Source: Hemiscyllium ocellatum (lineage: Eukaryota). Taken from it: a DNA stretch of 64,000 nt. Position 1 is the first letter of the stretch. Every line of letters starts with the position of its first letter. The notes beneath the pieces were generated by a model, which saw nothing but the letters and a program-made list of their open reading frames with translations, had not been told where the DNA came from and ran no database searches. Shown here in pieces: positions 24,270 to 37,990 of the stretch. The stretch spans positions 661,291 through 725,290 of the forward strand of contig NW_026867481.1 of assembly GCF_020745735.1 (NCBI RefSeq). Direction: 5' to 3'. The translations under genes were made by a program, and so were the position numbers.

Positions 24270-27135
24270 TGTCGCAGACTAACCCTTGCCTCCTCAACAT
24301 AGTTGTAAGTCAGGAACAGTAAAGGAGCAGTCACTTTATTGGGAGTGTTCTATAGGCCCTTCAATCGCTACAGACACACTGAGGTGCAAATTAGGAGACG
24401 GATTTTGGAAAGTTGCGGAAGTAACGGCATGTTGCCCTGGATGACTTTAACTTCCTGAATACTGATTAGTTAGTTCAAATTGTTAGGGTCAAGCAGTTTT
24501 CGTTTATCAGCTATGTCCAGAAAGGTTCCTGCCTCAGCATATAGATAGACTGACCAGAGGGGATGCCGTTATATATCAGATTTGTGCTTGGCAACGAATC
24601 ATACCAGCTGAGAGAACATTTGAGCGATAGTAATCGTAACTCCCTCACCTTTCAATGCTCATGGAAATGTACGGGACGAGAAGTATGGGAAAATATTTAG
24701 TTGGGGAAGGGGAGATTAGAATATTATTCAGCAGGAACGAGGTCGCCTAAATTGGGAACAGATGTTCTCAGAGAAATGCATGACAGAAATGGAGAGATTG
24801 TTTATGGCGCAATTGCTGATAACTGTTGACAGGTTTCTCCCAAGCATGCAAAGAAGGAGTGACAAGATGGAAGAACGTTGCGTGACAAAGAATGTGCAAC
24901 ATCTAGCCATAAAGAAGGAGAAAGCTAATTTACTGTTGAGGAGGCGAGGATCAGATAGGACTCGAGAAGGTTGTAATGTAGTCAGGAAGGAATTGAACAA
25001 TGAACTGAGGAGAGCTAGAAGAGGGCATGGAAAAGCTTTCGCAGATAGGATGAAGGAAAACACAAAGGCCTTTGACACTTTTGCGAGGAACACGATAATG
25101 ACCAGTGTGAGGGTAGGGCCGACCAGGGATAAAGAGGGTTGGGGAACTGTGCCTGGAGTTGGAGGAGGTAGGGAAGGAACTTTATAAGAGTACTTTGCCT
25201 CAGAGTCACTCCTGGAAGGAAAGTTGACGTTTCTGAGGACGGCGTGATGTGAGCAAACATGTTGGTGTTAAGACAAAGGATGTGATAAGATTTTGAAATT
25301 CATGAGGATGGATAAGTCACCCGGGCCAGAAAGGATATACTCTATGCTTCTATTGGAAACGAGGGAAAAGATTTCTGTACCTTTGCTGATGATCTTTGCA
25401 CCCTTAGTGTATAATGGATTAATTCTCGATGATTGGAGAGTGGCAAATATTGTTCTCTTCAAGAAACAGAATTGGGTTAATCGTGAGCACTCTAGAGCAG
25501 CCAGTCACACGTCTGTGGTGGGGAAGGCATTGAAAGAAAGGTTCCATCATTGCATGTAAAACCAGAGTTTGAGTAAAGTTAGTCAGCATGGCCTTATGTG
25601 CGGCCGGTCATGCTACACACAATCTTGAGTTATTTTAGCATGTAACAAAGCGTATTGATGAAGGTAGAGCATTGGATGTGATATATAAGTAATTGAGCAA
25701 TGCGTTTGATAATGCTTCCCATGGTAGGCTCATTCAGAAAGTAAGGGAGTGCAGGGAAATCGTGATGCAGAATTGACTGCCTCACAGAAGACACAACATG
25801 GTTGTATATGGAAGGCTTTGAGGCTCACTTTTGGTGACCAGTGGTGTTCTGCAGGGACCGTTTCTGGGATCTCTGCTCTACGTTATCTTTATACTTGCTT
25901 TACTCACTCACGGACTGAGGACGTCACGGGATAACTGACACTTATTGACAATCCCAACGGGCAGTTAAGAGTCAACCAGGTAAGGATGGCAGGTAATATC
26001 CTTCCTGGAATGGCATTAGTGGACCAGATGGTGTTTTTCTTCCAACAACCGACAATGTATTGTGGCCATCTCATCCTGTTCATTCCAGATGTTTGTTGAA
26101 TTCAAATTTCACCATGTGTTGTGTCTAGATTTGAATGCAGGTCCCAACAACATTATCTGGGTCTCTGGGCTAAGAGTCCGGAGATGACACCACTCGGTCA
26201 TTAACGCCCCTTCAATCACTTCGACAAGGAAGGGGAAGGGTGTCCTAGTAAGTTTGCAGATTTCCCGAAGTTTGGTGCAGTGGTATATATGTGGAGAGCT
26301 TTGTAGTTTGCAACGCGACATTGACAGGTTGCAGAACCGGGCTGATAATTGGCAGTGAAATTCAGCCAGGAAAAGTGTGAAGTGATCCACTTTGGAAGGT
26401 CGAATTTGAATGAAAAATACAAGTTTAAACGCTGGATCCTTGGCAGTGTATAGGTAAACAGGGATGTTGAGGTCCAGGTCCATACATTATTAAAATTTGC
26501 CACACAGGTTAATAGGGTTTCCGAGAACTAATATTGTGTGTTTGGCTTTCATTAGCGGGGCAATTCTGTTTAAGAGCCACGATGTTACGCTGCAGATAAT
26601 ACAGCACCAGTGAGACCACACTTGGAACATTGTGTTCTGTTCTGATCGCTTCACTATAGGAATGATGTAGAAGCTTTAGAGAGCGTGCAGAGGAAACTTA
26701 CCAGAATTATGGGTGCATTTTAAGGATGTGTCTTACGAAGAAACGTTGAAGGAGCTGGGACTTTGCTTGTTGGAGCAATGAAGCATGGGATCTGACTTTG
26801 AATGAGGTGTACAAGATGATGAGAGACATAGATAGAGTGGATGGCTGTTGACCATTCCCCAGTCGGTTATGGCTATAACGAGTAGGCATAATTTTAAGGT
26901 GATTGGTGGAACTTTTAGGGGAGATGTCAGATGTAGGTTCTTTAAACAGAGAGTATTGGGTGCGTGGAATGCACCGCCTGCAATGGTAGTCGAGTCAGAT
27001 ACATTAGGGACAATTCAGCATCTCTGGGAACGGCTCATGGAAAATATGTTAGACTGATTTTAGATAAGGATTAAAGTCCAGGAAAAACTCGAGGGCCGAA
27101 CGGCCTGTACTGTGCTGTCCTATTCTATGTTCTAT
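24270..27135 (+). mobile_element. Decayed CR1 LINE (endonuclease to 3' tail), with a SINE-like insert at about 25915-26215
   Basis: Endonuclease remnants (GVFYRP, DDFNF) at 24340-24450, then the same sequence as 1-2530 and a TTCTATG tail at about 27120-27135. Confidence 0.85.
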
Positions 27136-27254
27136 GTTCGATGTTCCATGTTCAATGTAATGCTTTAGAATTCATAACTAACTATATCTGTTATGGAAGG
27201 GTAGGCGAGGACCAGCATTTCCGTTTAAGACAAAATTGTCAAGAGCAATGGTTC

Positions 27255-27572
27255 ATTGATGGGCACTGCTATCTCACAGTGGAGGATCCGGTTCCATTAT
27301 TGATTCTAGCCTCAGGCGACTGTCTGTGTAGAGTTTTCACATTCTCCCTGTGTCTGCCTGAATTTCTTCCTGGTGCACTGATTTTCTTCCACAGTTCGAA
27401 AGATATGCAGGTTAGGAGAATTGTCTATGCTAAATTGGCAAGAGCGTTCAGAGATGCGTAGGTTAGGTGCATTATTCAGGGGCAAATATAGGGTAGGGGG
27501 AATGGATCTCGATTAGTTGTTCTTCGGACTTGTGAACTTGTTGCGCTGAAAAGGCTTGTTTCCACGCTGTAG
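27255..27572 (+). mobile_element. Degenerate HE1-like SINE (duplicate of 2640-2965)
   Basis: Collinear copy within the duplicated block. Confidence 0.75.
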
Positions 27573-28213
27573 GGATTTGATGATTCTATGAAACAAAAAG
27601 AAAGAATATAGTTTCATCAGCCTGTAACAAAAGAAATTTGCTATTCATACTTGATCAGGCCAGGAGAGCTACAAAGTCTCAGCAAATTCATTAACTCTGA
27701 ACAGTGAAGTGGATTTCCTAACCGAGTCAAATGGTGTCAAGAGCAAGAAATGGGCAAAAAATACAATTTCTCGTCAGATTCAGCATTATCAACATCCTGG
27801 GATTAGAATTAACTGAAAACGGAACTGTATTAGTTCCATAAGGACGGTTCCACCACGAGCAGGGCAGAGACTGTGTTTCCTGCAGGGAATGAATCGAAAT
27901 GACAGGAACAGATTGAGCCACTTCGCCCACTGAGTCTACTCCACTATGCAATGAGATTAAGGCTGATCTCATAATCCATAACTCAACTTTTCTGCCTTTC
28001 CCCAAAACCCCAGTATTCCCTTGCCGAATAATATTCTGTTTCTTTTACCTTGAATATATTTAACTGATCAACTTTTAGAGCTCACTGCAATAAAGTCACC
28101 ACAGATACACGATCCTGAAAAAAGAGAAAAATTCGTTCTTGACAATTTTGCCTTAAAAGAAAACGCTTAGTCTGTGATTACACGCTCTGGACCTTGACTG
28201 ATTTGAGGATAAT

Positions 28214-28735
28214 TCATAGAACATAGAACGTAGAAAAATACAGCGCAGTACAGGCCCTTCGGCCCTCGATGTTGCTCCGACCGAAGCCTACCTAACCTAC
28301 TCTAGCCCAATAACCTCCATATGTTTATCCAATGCCCGCTTGAATGACCATAAAGAGGAAGAGTCCACCACTGATACTGGCAGGGCATTCCATGAACTTA
28401 CAATGCGCTGAGTAAAGAATCTACCTCTAACATCTGTCCTATACCAACCTCCCCTTAATTCAAACCTGTGTCCCCTAGTAACAGCTGACTCCATACGCGG
28501 AAAAAGTTTCTCACTGTCAACCCTACCTAAACCCGTAATCATCTTGGCACCTCTATCAAATCTCCCCTAAACCTTCTTTTCTCCAATGAGAACAGCCCCA
28601 AGTGCCTCAGCCTTTCCTCATACGATCTTCCTACCATGCCAGGCAACATCCTGGTAAACCTACTCTGCACCCGTTCCAGTGCCTCCACTTCCTTCCTATA
28701 GTATGGCGACCAAAACTGCACACAATACTCCAGAA
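28214..28735 (-). mobile_element. CR1 LINE 3' end (duplicate of 3601-4130)
   Basis: ORFs 28297..28542 and 28539..28832 give the CR1 RT C-terminus with one frameshift. Confidence 0.92.
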
Positions 28736-31599
28736 GAGAACAGATCATTTTCAGCTGAATATGAATTCCCCAAAGCCTCGATGGGGGAAGAATTGAGTTC
28801 TTGCCCCATACACAGAGCAGTGATACGACCAAATTGGATTGTGTCAGTTTGAATCAAATATTTTGAACTTTAAATTGTGGTGTGTTAATGCGTAGGAAAA
28901 CTGAGTGCAGTTCTTAATACACATGAAGTATCTGAATTGTCGCTCACGAACGTTACAGTGTGCAGTAAGGTTCTTATTTCGAAATTTTAACCATTTCCCC
29001 GAGAAGTTTGTCGGCAGCCTCCACACTATCCCAGTGAATTATCTGGTAGTTGATCATTTCGTCGAGAACAACTTCAACAAGAGTTTCTACGTGGGATCAA
29101 AATGGGAAATCTCATGGTTAACAAAAACGTTCTGAAGTTTATACTTTGGAAATCAATATCCATCCCCGTCGAGAGGGGAACGGGACAGACATCTCTCAGT
29201 CTGATTCACAAACAGAAAATGCTTGGAAAGCTCAGTGGGTCAAAGTAAATCTGCGTAGTGAGAAATATTGCTAATTGTGTTTTTCTTTAGTTTAAATCGG
29301 TTTCAAAGGTGCTCCAATAGCTGTCAATAGTTTTGGATTCAGTTTGTGCTGTATAGTGCTATAAAACTGCAAGGATTCTTTTTTGATCGTGAGCCCTGAT
29401 GTATTTCTCTCTTCTAGGGAAAATTGTTATTTTCCATCTATGCTATTACAGGGAGTAATATCGAGGATCAATCTTAATTCATGTTTTCTGTAGCACAAGC
29501 AACTTTAATTCAGAGCTATATTACCACATATATGGGAGAGGCCAGAGATCAATACTAAACTGGTTTTCAAGTGAGACTGGCAAAGAAATAGTTCATATCG
29601 TAAGTCTTTGACACCCTGAGTTGCCAAAGAAATGTAAGGCTTTTATAGTTTTTGCATTATTTTGATTACATGCAAAGTCGAAGTCATTGTTAGCCACATC
29701 CAGAAACCTCCACCATCTTTCTATGGGATCCTACAAATCTTCTGAACGTTTTCTTCCTCTTTAGACATTTGCCAGCTGTATCACAATATTTACGAATAAC
29801 ATAAATTTTCAGTAAGCACTCTTACGATTCCTGCAAAAGTTTTACAATAGCAGGTTAGGAAGGATGTTATTCTTATTAGTAATTATAACTTCTGTAAAAT
29901 CAACTCTAATATGAAGTTACTATGACACGACTGACAAATTGAGAACCGCCTTTGTCTGACTCCAGCCTCAGACTTGCAATTGTGATTTACGATCCAATTT
30001 GTTTCGATACTGAATGCGAGTTTTAAACTAAATGGTGATTTTAAGTACTTCTTTACTGTTTACACTTTATACACTTCCGATTGCTAATTATCTTTTCTTA
30101 ATAAAAATATGTATTCAAATTCCACTAATTAGAGTGAAATTCTACCACTTATAACATTATCAAGATATTAAATGAAACGTGCTGAGATTTCACAAATTAC
30201 TCGTGGTCAGCCATTTCTTCACACTATAGTTTGTAACCTGTCTTTGTCAGTTTCCCTTGATCTTTGGATGAAATAACTTGCTCGAATTAGCTCCATCTAC
30301 ACTTAAGTTTAATTAATTTATCTTCTCGCTTTTTATGAATCTATTCTGCCCCCTCCTGGGCGAATGGTCTTTTTGTTGCTTCGTGTTTACGCTGTCAATG
30401 ACGTTATCTTTTTCCATAATGCCTCTTTATTACTTCTGAACATTTGCTCAGGGAATGCACCTAACCTTTCAGAGAGAGTTGTTCTTTGCTTTTGCAATTT
30501 TAGAATGGGCTAAACAATTCAGAATACTGTCGTATCAAACCTTTCTGTACGTGTTTCACTAAATGACAAACTTGGGACTGCGGCCAAACTAGGACTTCCA
30601 AGGCTTCGTGTGTTTTTGCATTTAGAAATGTTTTTAACTAAAATATGATTAACCTCCTTCATATTTGTTCCTGCGGAGAATGTCATCTTGCACTTGTGAC
30701 GATGTTGCTGTTTTCAGAACGTCATGCTGTGCTTGTTTTATTTTCAGAACGTTCGTAAACGCAGAGAATTTTCGAGGTCGAGGTTTGATGGGATTTAGGG
30801 CCACTTGATTGTATCTTATGGATAGTGCCTCAGACAAAAGGATTTTAAGTTTTACAAGAAAGAACAATTGAAAATAAAGTGGAGTGGCCTGTTCTCCCAG
30901 CTCAGCTTTGATCTCGTCTGGTTTCCTTTTAGCAGGCTGTTGATATGTTGCTGCTGGCCTGAAAGTAACGGGTCCAGGCTGATCTTCCCTCTCTTTGGCA
31001 TCTGTCCTGCAAGAAACCGAATTTGATTTTACCTTTTGTTCCAAGGACTGTTTCTGGGGATGGTTGCAAGTAATAGGCAGAGCATCATTAAGTTGTGTTC
31101 GCAGAGGTTAAGATATTCTACACATTCTGTTCTCTTTGTTTGTTTTACATTCAGTAATCTTGTATAAAAAAAACTCTTATGTTTAAAACTAATTAGTTGG
31201 GCCAGCTGCATCACACCTGGAATACCCACTTCATACCTGCTTAAATCAACCAGCAAAATTAGGGGCAGGTCTATCTAATTGAAAGATTTGGTGGGGTCTG
31301 ACCTGGTGCATAAAACCCTGTATATCTAAATGAAGACCACAAGTCCAGCTTTGAACATTTGCTGGTTTGAACTGTTAAAACCTTTGGCCAGGTAGTGTCA
31401 GCTGAAAAAACCTGAAGCGACTATCTTGTCAACTTATTTATGAGCTGCGAAAACCCGCCCTCCATCCTCATGACAGTTGACCTAAACACCAAACAAACCT
31501 ATAAAATATGCAGGAGAGACACACTATCCTGCTGCCGTGGGTAATGGGTGAATCCTTCAGTTCTCTCATTTTCTCATGTTATAGATTATTTATATGGAG

Positions 31600-31940
31600 T
31601 ATAATTGCTTGTACTGGTATTATTAACGCAATCAATACAAAGAATTTGACAACTACTTGTGCATGAGATATGATCAGGATGCATGGGTGTATTTCGGTAT
31701 TTAGTTTCCCAAACCCAAATCTGACGTATCCAGTTCGATTGTTATTACTCGCTGTCAACTGTATGAGTTGTCATCTCGTTTTTATGTTCAGACTATTATG
31801 AATGACTTCTTCGGCTCTTTTCCCAAACTTTTCCCTATCTATAATCACACGCAGCATTGATGGCACTTCCATTGCCAAGTACTTCGACACTTCTAAATGC
31901 ATGACAGTTCGCTGGATGGTGAGATTCATCAATTCTTGTC
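31600..31940 (-). pseudogene. Heavily decayed TCR V relic
   Basis: Two blocks in different frames resemble the intact V at 62.3 kb: SVEVLGNGSAINAACDY vs RVEALTGEDSAITCNY, and GYVRFGFGKLNTEIHPCILIISHAQV vs GFERFNAKLNRDKGTFHVSVKNLKL. Stops present; no usable RSS. Confidence 0.45.
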
Positions 31941-33285
31941 ACATCGGTTTATCTAAACTCTGCATAGTATTAATAATGCTCTGCCCCGGGATGTAATTTG
32001 CAATATTCTGCCCATTTAACTTGCACTGCTTTGAACACTTCTGAGTATAGCTAGTTTATTTGAGTAAACAGCACATTGTTCTAATCAGGGGGTTCTGCAA
32101 GGATGACTGATTGTTCATTGATGAAATAGGTCACATACACTTGTCACATGTCACAAAACACAAATTGAAAGATTTTGACTGGTCATGAGTTCAGAGCTTG
32201 ATCAGTGATTATTTCCTTGGTGACAATTTATTAAGCTGAAAATGTGTTGCTGGAAAAGCGAAGCAAGTCAGGCAGGATCCAAGGAGCATGAGATTCGATG
32301 TTTCGCGCATAAGCGCGTCTTCTCTGAGATTGGGATATGGGTCGCGTAATATCCATGTGTTATTGTTCCAATACGTCCATGGATCTTGGCTAGTAGGTCA
32401 ATCTTATTTTGATTGTTCCATCTGGCTCAGGCAGTGTGGACTGCGGATCTCTGATGGAATATTGTTCCGTTTTCCTTCCTCTCTTTCAGGCCATCAACTA
32501 CAACGAGTCACCTAGTATTGCATTTTAGACAGCCCGACGTGGGCTAGGCAATGATATGTTTTAATAACGTAGGTCATATAAAGTGTGGTGAAACCACCTT
32601 ATCCATCATCACACACACTCTGGCTTACCGTGTCATTACCCCACGCTAGTTCCCATTTATTTTTCTCTTTCTGTATGGCTGTTTCTTGAAGAGTCTTTTT
32701 TTAACTTACCTCTCTTGCTTTTCAGAAAATTGTGACTGCCAGTTTTACAAATGTCTGTTCGGTTTCTGTAAACATCTTAGCTGGCTTATTGGCAAACTTC
32801 TTACCCTTGTTGCAGTGTTTCTACTTTCCAATGAGCTCTAATCCTAATTCCAGCAATGTTATTAAGCAATTTAGCTGCTTCTATCAACTCTTCAACCTGT
32901 TCATCGAGCTGTCCATGAGACAAGGTGATGCACCTTCTCCAACCTCAGATCAACATATTATCATGCCCTATCCCAAACTCAGGCCTACCATCTCATTCTC
33001 TACCATGAAAGCCGCTGGATTGACCGAACTGAGTTTACAAATCATTGACTATTTGTATATGCTCACCTGCAGGGCCATTGGCCTTACTTTTCATGATTCT
33101 AATAGAATCACATAATTATGAGGCTTCGTCACTTGTCTCATCAGAGTATTGGGTTAGTACCCTAAAATTGCTCATGTATCACAATCCAGACTTGCGCACA
33201 CCGGTAAAGTCTGTCTACATCACTCCTCTGTTATGTGAATAATATGCTACCGACCTCATACTATCATCACTCGTTTGAATTACTG

Positions 33286-33380
33286 CTGAAAATGTGTTGC
33301 TGGTTAAAGCACAGCAGGTTAGTCAGCATCCAAGGAACAGGAAATTCGACGTTTCGGGCCGGAGCCCATCATCAGAAAAT
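33286..33380 (-). mobile_element. Penelope-type terminal sequence with a minimal hammerhead ribozyme motif
   Basis: Minus strand CTGATGA-T-GGGC-TCCG-GCCC-GAAAC-GTC. Related copies at about 32238-32325 and 34775-34870. Confidence 0.65.
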
Positions 33381-34744
33381 ACTGCTGTTTAGCTTCCATT
33401 CTCATTATCACAAAAACAAATCTGAAAAAGCCTTTCAGCAATCTGACAATCCTAACTCTAGGTCAAACGCTTGCTGTCACCTAGCAAAGGTTATCTCCAT
33501 TTAAGGTCACATTCTGCTCTTTCCCTTGACAGTTCAACATTCCCGTCCCTTACTAGGGCTTGTGAGTCATCTGTCAATTCTGATTAATTCTCCACAAAAT
33601 TCCTAAAATAAATAAACAATCCTAAATTTTGCCTAACATCGTTCACAGAGTGCGTATGCTGTAATTTTTGTATTGCACTCTGCTGGGATTATTTTTGCCT
33701 CCTTACTAAATTGATGTCCCAAATACTTGTCTGTTACTTCCTGTCTTCGCAATTGTACTTTTCATGGAGTAATTTGAAGGCTTGCCTGTCTGACTTGACT
33801 GGTTACTGTACTGAATTTTTCACCACCTGTGTCTGTCAGGATGTCATCTGCATACTGAAAGATTTTTAAGAAACAGTGCCAGTCAGGTACATTTGATTAA
33901 CAATATCAGCCATATATCGATCAAGTCTGGCTAGACTATTGTGGAATTCCTGGCATTACCAGGTCCCTGAATTGCTTTCCTCAAACAGCAAATGCCAGCT
34001 TATTGTGGGGTTCCTTTTCCACAGGTACGAATCAGAAGTTGCTAACTATATCGAGAACGGAGGATATATTCTGTTGCAATGTTAATCAATTAAATATAGT
34101 GGCATAGTTCGCTAACATAATACAGTCTTTAGTGGTATATTAGTTTCAGGAGGTATAAACAATACTGAGGCGATGTGAACAGTCTGGCTCAATGACCGAC
34201 TAAATATATTATCTAGCATGGGATTCTGTCAGTTTAACTGCTCCCTGCTTCTCTATACCAATCTGAATTTCTGCTTCGTTAGCCTATGTTGGGATACTGT
34301 TGAAGCAGTGGGAGGCTTGGATGGCGTTGAAGGAGTTGGTGAGAGGGACCTCGATCTTTGTAGGTTTGACAGGTAACAACCCATTCCTGATCATCTTCTT
34401 GATCAAATTCTCATTGAAATCTAGTGCGCCTCATAACAATGAGTCTTCTGTGGCACTGAGTGCTTTCTCTTTCAAATTTGAAAGGATTGCAGATAATATA
34501 AATTAGAAACAAAAACGCAAGTTTCTGGATAAGCTCAGTAGGTCTGGCAGCATCTGTGAAGAGAATTCAGAATTAACACTTCGGGGCAGTAGGTTCTTAA
34601 GACAGGCAGTGACTATAAGATGACAAAATTTACTTTGCAATTTGAGAGGGACAAACCGGAATCAGATGTAGCAGTATTTTAGTTGAACAAAGGCATCGAC
34701 AGAGGGAGGAGCTGACCATAACTGACTGGGAGAGAAGACAAGTA

Positions 34745-34872
34745 AAAAGTGAGATCTGCAGATGCTGGAGATCACAGCTGAAAATGTGTTGCTGGTCAAA
34801 GCACAGCAGGTCAGGCAGCATCCAAGGAACAGGAAATTTGATGTTTCGGGCCAGAGCCCTTCATCAGGAATT
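34745..34872 (-). mobile_element. Penelope-type terminal sequence with a degenerate hammerhead motif
   Basis: Minus strand CTGATGA-A-GGGC-TCTG-GCCC-GAAAC-ATC (cleavage triplet altered). Confidence 0.6.
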
Positions 34873-35079
34873 AGGACACAAACAGGAAAGACAGCGGAAC
34901 AGCAATGGCAGGTTTTCTGGGAATAATTCAATAGTTCATTTCGAGAAAAACTAAGGGAAAGGGAGGACGAAGCAACCGTGACTGACAATCAAAGGAGAAA
35001 TCATATAAGGTAGCGAAACTCAGCGGTAAACCAGAGGATTGTGACGTCTAAAATGACCATCAGAGGGCACCGAAAATTG

Positions 35080-36930
35080 AAAAAAGGAGGGAGAAGATTA
35101 AATATGAGTTAGGTTAGCCAGTAATATAGAAGAAATCAAGAATGTTCTTAAATGTATAAAGGACAAAAGTGAGGCAAGAGTAGCTAACGTGCTGCTGTAA
35201 AATGAAGTCAGAGAAGGAGTAATGGGAAAGAAGAAATGGTGGAGAACCTAAAGAATTACTTTGCATTGGTCTTCACGGTGGAAGACAGAAGGATAATCTC
35301 AATAATCCAAGAGTGCCAAGAGGCAGAAGTGTATATGGTAGCCATATCCAAGGAAAAGATGCGAGAAAATCTGAAGATGGATAAATTACCTGGACCTGGT
35401 GGACTACGGAAGGAATTCGGATGGAGAGAGCTGAAAAAGGAATAGAGACATTAGGAATGATCTTTCAGGAATCACTAGAAAAAGGGAAGGTTCCAGAGGA
35501 CCCCAAAATCCCAAATGTAACTTCTGTCTTTAAGAAGGGTGTAAGGCAAGAGATTAGAAATTACTGGTTGAGTAGCCTGAAACCTTTGGCCACATTTTAG
35601 AGTCCATTATGAAGGATGGCACTTCTGAATATTTAGAAGTGCATGGTAAAATCGGGCAAAATCAAAATGGTTTCATCAACGGCAGGTCATGCCTGAGAAA
35701 TCTGTTGAATTCTTTTGAAATTGTAAGGAACAAGTTTAACCCCGAGAGAAAATTAAAGGTATCTAATTAGAATTCAAGGAGTCCTCTGAAAAGGTGCCAC
35801 ACAGGAGGCTATTGAATAAGATACGAGACCATATTCTAAATGTGGTCTGACCGAAGTCTTATAAAGCATTAGATATACGCACTGCTCTTATGTTTGCATT
35901 CTCTAGAAATAAATGTTACAGGCTTGTTAATAGTATGTATAGAAGAGTGGCTGTCTGGCGAAAAGCAGAGACAGGGGATAAAAGAAGAATGGGAGCCAAT
36001 GACTAGTGATGTTCTCCAAGTGTCAGTGTTGGGCCAACAGCTTTACACTTTACACATTAATGATTTGGGTGAAGGGACTGAAGGCAATCTAGCTAATTTT
36101 GCAAATGATACAAAGAGAGTTGTGTGAGCATGCAGTAAGGATTTAGGCAGGTTAGAAAAATGGGCAAAGAACTGGCAGATGGCACGCACGCAGAGAAGTG
36201 TGAGGTCACGCACTTTGGCTGGAAGAATAGAGGCACAGACAATTTTCGAAATGGCGTGGAAATTCCGAAAATTGAAATTCAGAGGGTCTTGGGAGACCCA
36301 TTCCAGGATTCTGTTTCGGGAAACTTGCACGTTGAGTTTGTTGTTAGGAGGGAAAATGCAATGTTGGCGTTTATTTCTAGAGAATACAAATATAAGAGCA
36401 GCGCATATACCTAAGGCTTTATAAGACTCCAGTCAGACCATACTTAGAATATTGTGAGCAGTTATGGGTGCCCTATTTCAGAAGGAAATACTGGCCATGC
36501 AGTGTGCCCTGGAGAATGAACCAGGAATGTCACTTTGAACATATGAGGAACTCTGGGTCTCTATTGGAGAAATTTATAAGGATGAGTGGGGATCTAATTA
36601 AAACTTACAGAATACTGAACGGCCTGGACAGAGAGGATGTTGGGAAGTCGATTCCATTAACAGAAGAGACGTGTACCCGAGGGTGGAGTCTTTATGTAAA
36701 GGCAAGAGTCTTCAGGACGGAGATGAGGAGAAACATCTTCAGCCAGATTTTGGTGAATATATGGAATTCGTTGCTAGAAAACTCTGTGGAGGCCAGGTTA
36801 TTGAGTAATTTAAGGAAGAGTACTTTAGGTTTTTAATTATGAAGAGGATCGAAGGTTCAGGGAGAAAGTGGAGAATGTGGTTGAGAAACTTGTCAGCCAT
36901 GGTTGCATAATGGAGCACACTGGATAAGCC
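35080..36930 (+). mobile_element. Decayed CR1 LINE ORF2 (RT) fragment
   Basis: MVENLKNYFALVFTVED, KMDKLPGPGGL, LHINDLGEGTEGNLANFANDTK, EKCEVTHFG, FRTEMRRNIFSQILVNIWNSL. Confidence 0.88.
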
Positions 36931-37990
36931 ATTTCCTCAACTGCACAGTTCTTCGCTCATCTGTGTTTTTTTTTCACTTTAATCACTTTTTGCTTCTGCA
37001 AAATTGGACTGTTCGCAACTGAACATTCTCCACTGAAAAATCACAGATTTAGACACAAATTTGAAGTGCCACTTCTGTTGACCTCACACACACACGAGAG
37101 AAAAGAAAAGCATCAAATCCAAATTAGTTTGAAACAAAATAACAAAGATGTAAAAAAAACACCTAATTCAGGGAAGGAATTGAAATGAATTTGAGTGATT
37201 ATGATGCAATTGGGAACAGACTGCTGATGCTTGATTTGAATTAATTTGTTATTATCATATCTACTAAATTAATGGAAAAATTTGGTTTTGCATGCAATGG
37301 AGGCAGATCACAACATATGACTCACATAGTGTGATTGAACAGAACGAGGAATCATTGTCACACATGCAAAGTTAAGGCAAAAAAACAAGATCTACATTTG
37401 ATATTGTTAATTGACTAACAGTTCCTGGATTTTTAAAACTAATGCTGATCGCAGAGCACATAAACAGACATCAAACAGAAAATATTCCAGATTTTCAAAT
37501 ACATAGTAGCCATAGTTCCAAATCCATTGAAAAATAAATGGATAAAGGAACATGCATAAATACTAATACATTAATTAATCGGTTAACCAAAAAAATGAAT
37601 GAACACATATATATTTATGTAATTACATGAATATTATGTAATATATAATTAATTATGTAATTAAGTGATAGATAAATAGATACATGCATACATACATACG
37701 TAGATAGGTTATAAAGCACTGCCTGAGAACACTTGGAGTCCTCAAGTTGTATTCAGAGACGCAAACTGTGGATTAATATCACGTCTAAAACCTCTACAAC
37801 TTCAGAAGTTGTCAATCGTTGGAATAGTAAACATCAGAGCTCAAGAATACTCCTTACAGTTAATGAGTACAAGAGCCTGCCCAGGATCCTTTCTTATTTT
37901 CGTTTGAGAGATACCATGATGAACTGTGACTCTTTGATGAAAGAGAAAAGGCATCGGGAAATGTCTCTATTTTGTTATCCATGGAAGGTT

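Larger units (their letters stand above)
24610..30637. repeat. Copy B of the duplicated block (visible part)
   Basis: Collinear with 1-6019, ending at GAAATGTTTTTAA where copy A meets the gap. Confidence 0.97.

Noticed and set aside
30649-31044. 131-aa minus-strand ORF next to the duplication end
   Set aside because: TTG start, no recognisable domain or splice context; likely a chance ORF in repeat-derived sequence.
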